Assembly: GCA_951406725.2 (NCBI GenBank)
Contig: OX597825.1
Span: forward strand, 69,068,001 to 69,132,000
Length of the DNA stretch: 64,000 nt
DNA from: Octopus vulgaris
Lineage: Eukaryota
Reading direction: 5' to 3'
Positions 27,351 to 41,477 of this stretch are shown one piece after another (the first letter of the stretch is position 1; the number at the start of each line of letters is the position of its first letter). The position numbers and the translations under genes were made by a program. Below the pieces are notes generated by a model. The model was given only the letters and a program-made list of their open reading frames with translations, was not told the origin of the DNA and made no database searches.

Positions 27351-28940
27351 CAAGGCGGTGAGCTGGCAGAAACGTTAACACGCCGGGCGAAATGCGTAGC
27401 CCTATTTCGTCTGCCGTTACGTTCTGAGTTCAAATTCCGCCGAGGTCGACTCTTCCTTTCATCCTTTCGGGGTCGATAAATTACGTACCAGTTACGCACT
27501 GGGGTCGATGTAATCGACTTAATCCGTTTGTCTATCCTTGTTTGCCCTCTCTGTGTTTAGCCCCTTGTGGGTAGTAAAGAAATAGGTATTTCGTTTGCCG
27601 TTACGTTCTGAGTTCAAATTCCGCTGAGGTCGACTCTTCCTTTCATCCTTTCGGGGTCGATAAATTACGTACCAGTTACGCACTGGGGTCGATGTAATCG
27701 ACTTAATCCGTTTGTCTATCCTTGTTTGCCCTCTCTGTGTTTAGCCCCTTGTGGGTAGTAAAGAAATAGGTATTTCGTTTGCCGTTACGTTCTGAGTTCA
27801 AATTCCGCTGAGGTCGACTCTTCCTTTCATCCTTTCGGGGTCGATAAATTACGTACCAGTTACGCACTGGGGTCGATGTAATCGACTTAATCCGTTTGTC
27901 TATCCTTGTTTGCCCTCTCTGTGTTTAGCCCCTTGTGGGTAGTAAAGAAATAGGTATTTCTGAGTTCAAATTCCGCCGAGATCGACTTTGCCTTTCATCC
28001 TTTCGGGGTCGATTAAATAAGTACAAGGTACACACTGGGGTCGATATAATCGACTTAAACCGTTTGTCTGTCCTTGTTTGGCACCTCTGTGTGTAGCCCC
28101 TTGTGGGCAGTAAAGAAATAAGAAACGTTAGCACGCCACCCTCTATGTCTAGCCCCCCTGTGGGCAATAAAGAAATAACTATAATGACTTACCAGGGCGG
28201 CGAGCTGGCAGAACCGTTAGCACACCGGGCAAAGTGCTTAGCGGTATTTGTCTGTCCCTACGTTCTGAGTTCAAATTCCGCCGATGTCGACTTTGTCTTT
28301 CATCCTTTCGGCGTCCATAAATTAAGTACTATTTGCGTACTAGGGTCAATCTAATCGACTGCCCCTCCCCCACCCCCAAAAAATTTCGGGCCTTTTGCCT
28401 TGAGTAGAGAAGAATATCGTGACTTACCAGGGCAGCGAACTGGCAAACTCGTTAGCACATCGGGCAAAATGCTTAACAGTATTTCGTCTGCCCTTACGTT
28501 CTTAGTTCAAATTCCGCCGAGGTCGACTTTGCCATTCATCCTTTCGGGATCGATTAAATAAATACCAGTTACGCACTGGAGTCAATGTAATCAACTTAAT
28601 CCCTTTGTATGTCTTTGTGTGTCCGCTCTATGTTTAACCTCCCTGTAGGCAATAACGAAATATCATGACTCGTCCCCTGAAATTACTGGCCTTCTGCCAA
28701 AATTTGCCACAATATAATAATATCTTACGCTTAAGGCAGCGGGCTGCCAGAATCGTTAGCACACTGGGTCTAAAGTTTAGCGGCATTTCGTCCATCTTCA
28801 TGTTCTGAGTTCCACCGAGGTCGACTTTGCCTTTTCTCCTTTAGGGGTCGATAAAATAAGTACCAGTTGAGTGCTGGGATCGAGGCCATCGACTTCTCCC
28901 TACCTCGAAATTGCTGGCCTTGTGCCAAAATTCGAAACCA
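27351..28940 (+). repeat. Tandem array of family-A SINE units, including near-identical 184-bp repeats
   Basis: The junction aaagaaata|ggtatttc recurs at 27585, 27769 and 27953 (period 184). Further SINE heads occur at ~28195, ~28430 and ~28733. Confidence 0.92.
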
Positions 28941-28999
28941 CATTATATCTTGATTCCCTCTAATGGTGTATACGATTTCTCACGGTGCATTACTAATAG

Positions 29000-31330
29000 G
29001 CCGTCATGTAAAAATTAATGTTGGAAAGTCGCCAGGCTTTGTCGAATCTAGTCTTGGCATCAATTTCTGCTTTTTCATGTCTACAAAAATTCCTATTCTG
29101 GTATGGAAAAAAAAATCAACAAATTCAATATTTTGTCCTCCAAAACTGATGGGTTTTGATTGACTTTAGCGTACAAGGCGTCTTTCTTTTGGCAATTGGT
29201 ATGGAAACCGAGACGGAGTCGGAAGTCAATGTCCTAGAGGCTTGTTACCTTCTTTTGAATATTAGGGATAACAATGAGCAGAACGATATCGTCTACTGAG
29301 TCTCCTGCTGATTCCAAAGATCGACTTCTTCCTGGACCGTGTTGTAATAAACGCGACCACTATCAAGAAGGAAAATGGTGACATTAACTAAGTTAATACC
29401 GAAAGATATTGTAGTAAACTGCAGTTGTATTTATGCTGGCTTGAAAAACTAGATGCATACTAAAAAAAGGTCTGAAAACCATTTAAATATTACATTCTGA
29501 ATGTAAACAAGCTTATAAAGATTCAAACAATCAAAACCGAATAGAAATGAAATGAAATTTTACTTACAACTGGAGTTGGATAATGTAGATCATAGTGAAA
29601 TATAATCAGATGTTACAGAGAAAATACATTTTCTTTTCTTTGTGTAAGAAGTTTAACGGTAAAAGCCGGTGAATTGAAAGATCAGATCACTAATGCTTCT
29701 GACCCTATCTATCTTAATGTAAGTCGCTATCGCAATATTATTTGGTTCACACAACTCGTGCCTTTAAATATTCAATCTAACTCTTCTAGATTTGGTAAAT
29801 ACGCATTACCACATCAATCTCCGGTACAGAAACACAATCTAACACGGAAAAAAATCCCATTAAACTGTGACACCTTTACGAACACTTAATATCATGTAAT
29901 CCAACTAAATTAACCGAAGCTACTACGTATGCGGAAATACAAATGAAATGTCAGGCATGCAATACTGAAGTGATTATCTACGCGAGAGAAATCACGTTCA
30001 CCAGAACTAAATCTAACGAAAACATATTGTGCTTAAAGAGAATGTACGTATGGTAGAAGACAGCTTTAAATATGTATTTCAACCATACTTATTCTTTCAC
30101 TAATATAAGCACATTACTTCAAAACAACATGCTACTCAAGAAATCCATACCAAACAATATGGTACAAAATTGCGGGATGCTTAGCTAAAAAACAACTTCA
30201 TATTTTAGACATGGTATATTCAGCAAATGTTTTATTATCGGAAGCTATCAAACATCACCTAACACCGTCCTCAGTACAGTATACGCCATTTCTCCATATA
30301 TAATGCAGTAACTGTCATTTAAAACCGGTTTCCTACGGCGGTTTTCTGTTATTTCTACCTTAAGCTTTCTCTTAGGTTATATTATTTATTTAGGCTTTTC
30401 TCTTGAAGCTAGGGAGAATATAATGATTTATCGTCACTTATACTAAAGTGTTATCATTGTATCTTTAACCCTAACTGCAGTTGTAACGTCATATAGACAT
30501 ATACGCATGGAACGCTACATCAACGACCATGTATGTTGAATATTTCAATCGTGTCCTTTAAACCGCTATAAGAAACATAAAACAAAGATTACAGAAATGC
30601 ATATTTATCTATGCTCAGTTGAAAAAACAAACGTGAAGAGAAACATTTTCTTTTTAATTATTTTATTTATATAAATATAACATTTTATATTTATTTACAA
30701 GAAGAAAGATAACTTAGTCGTGAAGAAAAACGACTTTAAATTCCTTAGCTAATTTCTTTTTCTATCTAATACGTTAACCAACAAATCAAAATAGATTTGT
30801 GATTAACGTAGACATGGCATAAAAATTTACCGATGTCTCCAAAAGAGTGAGTGTCGTGGAGTTGAATGACTACCGAACGAACACTGAAATATCTTCCAAA
30901 ATCCAGGGTTTTTATAACTGCTCACTTAACTCAAAAAGAATCGAAATTCATGACAGATATTCTTTACGAAACTTCTAGAATCTTTATATGAGCAGTTATA
31001 TTAACCAATGGAAAAAACGAAAATGATATTTCTTCGGCAAAGATATTACGTCATATTGCCAATTCGCGCCACATTTCAAAATGGCTAAAATAGCTATTGC
31101 TACACCGGCAATATCTGTTGATAACTCCCCATATCATATGACAACACCCGCAAAATTTCAACTTTTCTTATTGTTGCTCCAGGAAAAAATATTGATGAGA
31201 AATGGCACGCCCGTGGACTGCTGGAGCAGATTATACTAATCAGTTCAGTGACTTTTTGCTGTCTGTCCGTGTGCGTAGAAACAGCATTGTCGATAATGCT
31301 GGAGCTGTATTTAGCACTTTAATTTCTGTA
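29000..31330 (-). pseudogene. Highly decayed hAT (Charlie/Buster-like) transposase sequence
   Basis: Ordered minus-strand remnants: DNAVS (cf. LSDNTVSRRI), ELSTDIAGVA (cf. DESTDVAGLA), QLLHYME..GR (cf. LLYHTEVRWLSRG), then PNIQK and TLKSIKTH (hAT dimerisation-like). Many stops and frameshifts. Confidence 0.5.
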
Positions 31331-31458
31331 GGTAAGCTTTGAATGGCCTTGTCCTCAACGTGATCTTCATGATTTTGTATATATTTTGATAGCCCCACTC
31401 ACTAAATTCAGTTTTGCGACAAAATTTATCCGAATGATTTACATAGGTTTATATAATA

Positions 31459-31526
<68 letters not shown>

Positions 31527-31798
31527 GAAAATATACGAAATAAAAAACGTATATTTCGTATATTTTCATTTGTTTTGCTTATTTTTACACTTTGTTTTTT
31601 TTGCTGAATTTTTTCCTGAGAACGCATTCTTCGTGGAAAATGGCGAATTTAACGTCTATATCTAACATAAAGGCTGTCCACTTTTAGTGGTCAGTCCTCT
31701 AAATTTTGTATGTAAAAAAAAATTTTATCTTCGGATTAAAAAAAAATATGCTAGACCACTGGTTTTAATTGATAAATATCAATTTCTACCCTTATTTA

Positions 31799-31870
<72 letters not shown>

Positions 31871-32421
31871 TGCAGTTGGAATTTTAGAAGCAAACATTGC
31901 AAATTTGAAACGAGTACCTGGATGAAACGCGTTCTCGCACCAATGATTTTATGCAATGTCAGGTTACAGAGTCCTCGTGCACCTTTAGGAGGAAACCCTT
32001 TTAACACCAATAAAACTATGGTTGCGGGTTGATATCCTCACTGCTGTATGGTACAAGTGCTCGTCCAATGTGGCTCACCTGCTAAAAGTAATGGTTATGA
32101 AGTTGGTGAGGTTTTTAGAAAATTCATTTTAGTTATGTCCTTCTATGTAATGAGGTTTAACTGGCATTTCAGCCGTCAAGGATCTGTACAATATGTAAAT
32201 GTGTGAGGGGATCGATATATTTGACTATAATTTCCTCCAAGTGTATGGCTTTGCTCCAAAGTTAGAAAATCGATATGACAACTTTCGTATTTTGATCAGA
32301 AATGATAATGGCGTGGTTTGTGATTCAATCTACAAATTATGCTTATGGACAATTATGGCTTTTGTATATTGATTTGTTACATGACAAATCAATATACATT
32401 CTATAATTCATTTATGAAATA

Positions 32422-32637
32422 GAAGGGAGTGCTGAAAATTTCCTGGCTTTAAGGGCATCACCAAAGGCCTTGTTGGAGGCCCAAAATTCCGAATTCTTTT
32501 ACAGAACTTCGAAAAACTGAAGGACCGCTGCAATGTGTGTGAATCTGAGAGGGGAATATGTTGAATAAAATCATAGTTAACTGATCCTCCTGTATTTTCT
32601 CTTAGCCAACACAGGAACTTTTCAGCATCCCCTTGTA
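32422..32637 (+). mobile_element. mariner-derived MITE
   Basis: TIR gtgctgaaaatttcctg / caggaacttttcagcat, with internal CVNLRGEYVE*. Confidence 0.8.
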
Positions 32638-33426
32638 TTACAGAATATATACTTGATATCTTCAAGTCAAACTTGACCGAAGAAACCTTGGAGTAAAAGC
32701 TGTCCAGCTATTACTATCCTGCCTTTCTTTTATATACGAACACTGTAGATAGGTTCTTTTTACTTGAAGTGACACTTAGGGAGTGATATTATAGAGGTTT
32801 GGCAACAATTTCAAGCATACTGACCGAATCACTTTTAAAGGTCGATCGTTGAGTAACAGCAAACTATAGTTTTAGTACAACCATGTATGAAAGTTTGTTT
32901 CAATTTCTGGACGCTACTAATATCTTATCTATCTTAATTTACGTTTCAGTTGCATACTATGGAGTGGAATAAATAATAACGACGAGAATATTAGACAATA
33001 TTTTGGGAAGAGATAGAAAAGTCGAATCATTACAGAACATTATTGTTAGCTGATATTAATTTTTTCAAACATTGAAAGATTAAATTTAAAGAAAATTGGT
33101 CTACGTAAGATTTGAACCAAGTACATGTAGGGAAATATGCCAAGCTGTCTCTACGTATATATACATCTGCATGCATATATATATGTGTATATAAGGCGGC
33201 GAGCTGGTAGAAACGTTAGCACGGCGGGTGAAATTCGTCTGTCGTTACGTTCAGAGTTCAAATTCCGCCGAAGTCGACTTTGCCTTTCATCCTTTCGGGG
33301 TCGATAAATTAAGTACCAGTTGCGCACTGGGGTCGATGTAGTCGAGTTAATCCCTTTGTCTGTCCTTGTTTGTCCCCTCTGTGTTTAGCCCCTTGTGGGT
33401 AGTAAAGAAATATATATATATATGTG

Positions 33427-33565
<139 letters not shown>

Positions 33566-34274
33566 CACACATACATACACACAAGGGCGAACACACAGGT
33601 ACACACACATACACACACACACACACACACATATATATATCTATATCTGTATATAAACGAGCCAAAGACACAGCTTCCGTGTAGACATTTTACATGCTAG
33701 AAAGGGCAGCAAAAACCTCTTCCACATCACTGCTAGGTGTTGTTTATAAAACGAAACGAAATACATTAACTAATCTTGTTGCTTGTTGCACGAAACACAA
33801 ATAGAAAACAAAAATCAATGCTCATATCTGGAGTGCCTTTGATTGTAGCTCTTGTTGCCCGTGGCTAACTAGTGCTTAACAATGACACCAACTGTAACAA
33901 CATCAGTAGCAGCAACAATAACCACAATGCTAACATCATGTACAAATTGCGTCGAACACTCTCTAAAATTCATGTCGAAATCACCAACTAATAATACAGA
34001 GCGACAGATCAAAGACGAAGGTTAAGTAACAGAGCACAAGAAATCCTGTGTTCTTAGAGAGATGTCAACGTTGATGATAAACCAGGCAGAAAACGTTACA
34101 TAACCACTCGTTGAAAATCGTTTGCAAACATTCGGGAAGAATATTGAGGTGACACGTTGACAATAATGAATGATTAGGTTGTTTGCTAAAATCATATATA
34201 AAGCGAATTCATATTAAATGCACGCACACACATGCAAAGATGGTATACACACATACAAATACATATATATGGGT

Positions 34275-34332
<58 letters not shown>

Positions 34333-34405
34333 GTATATATATATATATAAATATATACACACGCATATATACATATATATACAGGCATACATACATATAT
34401 ATATG

Positions 34406-34464
<59 letters not shown>

Positions 34465-34850
34465 TGGAGGCGCAATGGCCCAGTAGCTAGGGCAGCGGAC
34501 TCGCGTTCGTAGGATCACGGTTTCGATTCCCAGACCGGGGCGTTGTGAGTGTTTATTGAGCGAAAACACCTAAAGCACCACGAAGCTCCGGCAGAGGGTG
34601 GGGGTGGCGAACCCTGCTCTACCACAACTTTCTCTCACTCTATCTTCCTGTTTCTGTTGTACCAGTATTTTAAAGGGGCCAGCCTTGTCACACTCTGTGT
34701 GACGCTGAATCTCCCCCGAGAACTACGTTAAGGGTACACGTGTCTGTGGAGTGCTCGGCCACTTGCACGTTAATTTCACGAACAGGCTGTACCGTTGATC
34801 GGATCAAGTGGAACCTTCGTCTTCGTAACCGATGGAGTGCCAACAACAAC
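34465..34850 (+). mobile_element. SINE family B, tail type a
   Basis: tRNA-like head; tail ...gtaaccgatggagtgc(caa)n. Confidence 0.9.
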
Positions 34851-34860
34851 ACACACACAC

Positions 34861-34965
<105 letters not shown>

Positions 34966-35226
34966 TATATATATATAAATGAATGTAGATGCGTGTTGGT
35001 AATGATAGCGGATTAAACAACTCAATTCTCAGGTGGCAGAATTCTAGTCCAATCCCTGCAATTGTTGTCAAACGGTTTCTCTGTGATCAGTGTGGAATAT
35101 CTCTATATTCATGTTTGGAGCAACGAGTCTCGAAGCACATATAGCTATAAATAACAACATGTAAATATTGTGTGTAAAACTGTTTCTATAAAAAAAAACA
35201 AACGCTGCACGAGTTTATATACATGA

Positions 35227-35275
<49 letters not shown>

Positions 35276-35282
<7 letters not shown>

Positions 35283-35562
35283 ATCACGTGACCGACCAGA
35301 CCATCAGATGTTGTTACACATCACTGGTCACAATGCGTTCGCATTGTTTTAGCCTTCGAATGACCCACCCCGCTGGCTAAGCGAGTAGGCCAACAGAAGA
35401 AAGAGTGGTGAAAGAGTACAGCAGGGATCAACCCCCCTGCCGGGCGTCGTGGAGCTTTTAGGTGTTTTCGCTCAATAAACACTCACAACGCCCGGTCTGG
35501 GAATCGAAACCGCGATCCTGCGACTGCGAGTCCGCTGCCCTAACCACTGGGCCATTGCGCCT

Positions 35563-35564
<2 letters not shown>
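35276..35564 (-). mobile_element. SINE family B, tail type b
   Basis: Same head as 8826-9209, but the tail is ttcgaaggctaaaacaatgcgaacgcattgtgacc...ggtcggtcacgtga. A plus-strand copy lies at 61336-61632. Confidence 0.9.
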
Positions 35565-35637
<73 letters not shown>

Positions 35638-36090
35638 AATATATGTACATATGTAGTTTTTACATACACACACATGCAAACACACTCACATATGTGCATT
35701 TATACAATATCAAACACACATACACCAGGTAAATGTTTTGTAGTGTATGTGTGTTCGATATTGTTTATAACCCTTGGGTTACTGCTCATTCAGATTTGAA
35801 TATGAGTGTATGAAGGCGCATGGCTCGCTGGTTATAGCGTCGAGCTTAAGATCATGAGGTTGTGAGTTTGAATAGTTTATAACGTAAAATATTATAGTAT
35901 AGGTAGTGAAAAGTTATTTTTCTTTATATAGTATTGAATTTAATAATAATAATAAGTACCTTGTTTTGTTTTATCAATGAGTGAAATATTAGTTCTAGAC
36001 ATAAATTTATTTACTTACATAATAAGTTTAAATTATTTGTGAGTATATTATTGAAATAATATACAAAATACTATTATTGTTATTATTGTT

Positions 36091-36331
36091 GACCTGAGGA
36101 GTGACTATACTTTAAAATTCATTTGTTTTTGGATTAAATTTAAATTTAATTGTAATTCGAATTGAAGTTATAGCCACAAAACGCACGTAGTCTTTTTATT
36201 ATATAATGTTTATTAATTATTATGTAGTTCTTGTGATCTAGATATATGTTTGATAATATATTTTATTTTTCCTATATGATATGGTTTATATCTATCATTG
36301 TTTGAATTACATAATAGTGTTTTTTCTGTAA

Positions 36332-36381
<50 letters not shown>

Positions 36382-36445
36382 GAAATTTGATTTTATTACT
36401 AAATTCAATTTTTCCTGTGAGTTTGGAGTTATACTCCCTAATATA
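36091..36445 (+). mobile_element. AT-rich Penelope-like pLTR with a degenerate minimal hammerhead
   Basis: gac-ctgagga-gtgactata...tatagccac-aaaa-cgcacg-ta-gtc (G12 mutated). The 3' end ...gtttggagttatactccctaatat is shared with 41113-41410(-). Confidence 0.6.
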
Positions 36446-36702
36446 TATATATCTTTCATTCTTTTATTCTTTTATTTCAGTCATTTGACTGTGGCCATGC
36501 CGGAGTACCGCCTGTAGACGAACAAACCTACCCCAGGATTTATTCTTTCTAAGCCTAGTAGTTATTCTATCGGTCTCTGTCGCCGAACTGCTACATTACG
36601 GGACGGGTACACACCAACATCATTTGTCAAGTGATGGTGGGGGGACAAACGCAGACACACAAACACATACTCATACACACACACACACATGTATGTATAT
36701 AT

Positions 36703-36915
36703 AAAGTTAATCCAAACATGAAAACACAAAGACAAAGCACAACAACGCGAGGACGTGGAACAAATATAGTATTATTGGACGCTCAGGAAGGAAGGGAAGA
36801 AGGAGGGTTTAACGTTCCGAGCGGAGCTCTTCGTCGGAAACATAGGAGAAGGAAAGATCCCGAGAAGGGAAGACAGAGGAAAAAAATCGCCAACGGTACA
36901 CACGCGGTCACATTT
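36703..36915 (-). mobile_element. Penelope-like pLTR fragment inserted in the internal microsatellite of a family-C SINE (36460-37113)
   Basis: Minus strand ccgacga-a-gagc-tcc-gctc-ggaacgtt is a mutated minimal hammerhead. Related copies lie near 1929-2015 and 21260-21390. Confidence 0.6.
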
Positions 36916-37124
36916 TGTATGTATATATGTATATATATATATATATACGACGGGCTTCTTTCAGCTTCCGTCTACCAAGTCCACTCACAAGGCTTTTGTC
37001 GGCCCGAGGCTATATAGTAGAAACACTTGCCCCAGGTGCCACACAGTGGGACTGAATCCAGAACCATGTGGTTGGTAAGCAAGCTACGTACCACGCAGCC
37101 GCTCCTGCGCCTATAAACTACACC

Positions 37125-37192
<68 letters not shown>

Positions 37193-37736
37193 AACACACA
37201 CATATATATACACACAATTATATAAGACCGTATATAATTGTATAATATACGCATTGCAGTCTCATTCAGGAGTTAGAACCATACTCATCTATTTTCAGAA
37301 CAATCGCAATAAATTCTCACATTAATGTCAACAAAGATATTTTTTCTTTTATTTTTCGTTTTGATTTATCCCATTGAGGTTCTCCTTCAATAATGATGTC
37401 AACATTTTACGTATTTTTTTTTTTTTGCAGTTGCTCTACTTAGTTTAAGAATTTGGTTCTACCATGGATAAATAAATATTCTCACAGTCACACCTAACAA
37501 AGCTAGGTAATAAACAGTGATTGGTTTTATAACAAGGATTTACGACATAGGTAGAGAGAAGTATAGTAAGCCATGCTTTGCTTCACGGATTTATTGCATT
37601 TTCTGGCATCGGTAATGCTTAGGTATTTATTACGAGTATGGTAATACGCAACGAATACGGATACAGAACCCGTTTTTATCCTTTTCTCTGTGTGCGTGTG
37701 AGTGTGTGTGTGTGAGTGTGTGTGTGTGTTGTGTGT

Positions 37737-37987
<251 letters not shown>

Positions 37988-38109
37988 TGTATATATACAC
38001 ATATATATTATATACGCATACATATGTATATATAGTTATAGATATTTACATATATATATAAATATATATATACATACATGCATATACATACATATATGTA
38101 TGTAGATAC

Positions 38110-38142
<33 letters not shown>

Positions 38143-38144
38143 CG

Positions 38145-38210
<66 letters not shown>

Positions 38211-38899
38211 GGTACATGTATGTGTGTAAATGCATAAAAGCGTGTGCGCTTGTGTTTGTGTGTGTTTGTGTGTGTGTAAGCGTGTGTTTGTACGTGCATG
38301 TGCATGTGCGTGCGTGTGTATGCGTGTGTGTGATTGTTCTCCACAAAACTTTTGGGAGCTCGGGAAGTCACATTATGAACAGAGAAAAGGAATGGTGCGA
38401 TGAAAATTAAAACGAAGGCGGGAATTAGGAAAAAAAAACCCAACAACAAACGGAACGTACATTGCAAGAAGTGTGTCCCAAATGACAAAGTTAAATGATT
38501 AAAGTTGGCGGAAAGTTCTACAATTTGTGAATTGATGAAATGAAATTATGTGCTTTTCCAGAAAGAATATTGCATACATTGGTTTACTGGTCAAATAAAT
38601 ACCTATTAAACAGAGATGTAATAGCCACTAGAGGATTAAGCATTAAGATATATAATTGCATATGTGTACAGCGGTACATACACTTGCAAATAATCACCTA
38701 CACGCACACACAAATACGTATACATATACATACATACATATACATATGTGTGTGTGTGTGTGTGATGTGTGTGCGTGTGTGTGTGTGGGTGTGTGCATAT
38801 GTCTGTGTAGATATGCGTTTAGATGTATTTATAACGCCCACACACAAATGTGTATATGTATGAGTGCATATACAGATGTATGTTGATATATGAATGTAC

Positions 38900-38937
<38 letters not shown>

Positions 38938-38954
38938 TTACGTATATATATATT

Positions 38955-39023
<69 letters not shown>

Positions 39024-39028
39024 TTATG

Positions 39029-39059
<31 letters not shown>

Positions 39060-39248
39060 TTGTATGTGTGTATGTGTGTACACACGTATGTGTATATGTT
39101 TGTATATATGCACGCATGCATGTATGTATTCACGTATGAATGAATTTAAGTATACGCCTAGAGAAATGAAACTGCGGTTGAATTCCATTCTTAAGAAGAC
39201 AATGAAAACCGAATGGTCATTATATATCTATATATGCATACATGTGTG

Positions 39249-39317
<69 letters not shown>

Positions 39318-39443
39318 AATATAATATATATATATATATATACATATGTGTGTATATATATATATAAATATATATATAGGGATGCACATGTGTATGTATA
39401 TGTAAGCATATATATTTATATGTATGTATATATGGATATATAT

Positions 39444-39505
<62 letters not shown>

Positions 39506-39560
39506 ATATATATATGTATGTATCTATCTATATATAAGTATATACACATTTATATATGCG

Positions 39561-39593
<33 letters not shown>

Positions 39594-40937
39594 TTATTTG
39601 GACAGGTAAGTATTAATACAGAGAGTGTAAGCGTGTGTGTGAGAGAGAGAGAAAGAAAGAGGGAGAGAGACACAGAGAAACGGAGTGGGGGTGGCAAGAA
39701 TAGTTAGAGATTGCGAAAGAGAAAAGAACGCGGTAGATATTTAAGCATCAAGGGACAATTGTGTGATGAAGTGAGATATGGACATTAAGAAGAACTAAAA
39801 AGAGAAAATGAACTATTATTCCCATTGGGCTTCTCTCTCTTAATAAGCCCATGTGATCGAAAATACTCTGTAGACAGTGTCTGCATCTTGTTAAAACCAC
39901 GAGATATCTGGCTTTGTTCAATACTCAGATTCTTTAGCATTTCAGCAACAAGTCAGATGTATTTCGTTCATTATTTTTCCTTTTTTTTTCTTTCGGTATA
40001 GGTGTATGTGTGTGTGTTTGTAGTTCTTTATTTATTGGTGATTTCTCATAGAATTCCATTTATTCAAAAGAACATCACTTTTCTCAATAAAGAACCAATA
40101 CGATGACATCTGCCAATTTCTTATAAATTCTTTCTTTTGCAACGATAGTTCTAATCAGATAATTCTTTGAAAAAAAAAAAAGTCTTGTTTGACGAAAGCT
40201 CTCGGTATCAAATGCTAGTGTCTGTGAGTGTATGTGTTTGTGTGCGTGTGTGTGCGTATTTGTATGTGTAAGTATGTATCAGTGTAAATGCATACATTTG
40301 CATGAGTGTATGCAAGTGTATGCATTAATATGCATGCGTGTGAAAATGTTTGTGTGAAAAAAAGTGTGTGTGTATAAATGAGTATGTGCGTATATTTGCA
40401 TAAATGCCAAAAAAGTATCAAAACAAAAAATCCCCAACAACTGATGACTAACTAATGATTATCTAGAACAAAAACATGTGTGATTTGAGGCATTTGTTGT
40501 TGCTATTTCTAGCATGCGGTCTCACAACGTGGAGTTCTACTCCTCCTTGTACGCTGGCATTATGTTTATATTAACTATATAGGTGTAAAGGTCGTGTCAC
40601 TCCGAGTGTATCTGGTACTGTATCTTTCAGTATAATATATAAATATAAACTGTCAGTGATCTTAAAATATAAATTTTTCTGTGGTTTTGTTGAATTATGT
40701 GTTGTTCTTTTGACTATACAAATCAAAGTATTTGAAACTATGCTGGACGCCCCCTACATGCGCATGATTATTTATTTTTGATATATATATATAAGAGATA
40801 ATGGTGTCATTGAGACCCAAAGGTGTCAGGTAATGCTGAATAAGTGCTATAGACAGACCATAGTTAAGTTCCAGATTCGGTAATATTGCGAATAAAGGGT
40901 TCAACGTTGGTCCTATGTCAGCGTGTGCATATACGCA

Positions 40938-41045
40938 TTTTTTACGTAATGAGATAAAAAACCAAGGCTGATATTAGGGCATTTATATCTATAAATGTTC
41001 TAATATCTATACAGCCTTTTTTTTTATCTCATTACGCAAAAAATT
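40938..41045. repeat. Small hairpin/MITE-like inverted repeat
   Basis: atttttacgtaatgagataaaaaa..aggctg-atattagggcatttata / tataaatgttctaatat..cagcct..ttttttatctcattacgcaaaaaat. Confidence 0.8.
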
Positions 41046-41104
<59 letters not shown>

Positions 41105-41112
41105 TAATAATA

Positions 41113-41410
41113 AAATATTAGGGAATAAATCCAAACTTACAGCGAAAAATCAGATTTAGGATTAAATCCAATTTTATAGTATAAATATATTATATTATAT
41201 TATATTAAATTAGAGATAAAACCACTATTAGGCAAATCAAACAATGAAAAACATAAGCCAATACATAAAATTAATTAATTTATATTATTTTAAATATATA
41301 TCAAAAGTATTAAAAGTTTAATAAAAGATAAAGAGTAAAACACTACGATCGTTTCATGGCTGTACAGTTCGTAATAAATCGAGTTATGGTTACAGTCAAT
41401 CTTCAGGTTA
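41113..41410 (-). mobile_element. Penelope-like pLTR with an intact-core minimal type I hammerhead (41341-41410)
   Basis: Minus strand reads ac-CTGAAGA-ttgactgta...tacagccat-GAAA-c-gatc-g-TA-gt, with palindromic stem III acgatcgt. Confidence 0.7.
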
Positions 41411-41414
41411 ATTG

Positions 41415-41477
<63 letters not shown>

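Noticed and set aside
27401-27960. Regularly spaced repeats resembling a CRISPR array
   Set aside because: The units are identical across their length with no unique spacers, and they are SINE-derived.
34465-34540. tRNA-like sequence
   Set aside because: It is a SINE head that continues into a multi-copy body; no proper acceptor stem or terminator was seen.
37410-37512. Strong splice acceptor (t)n-gcag with downstream ag|gtaata
   Set aside because: All three frames of the putative exon contain stops and no partner exons were found. A UTR or lncRNA exon cannot be excluded.
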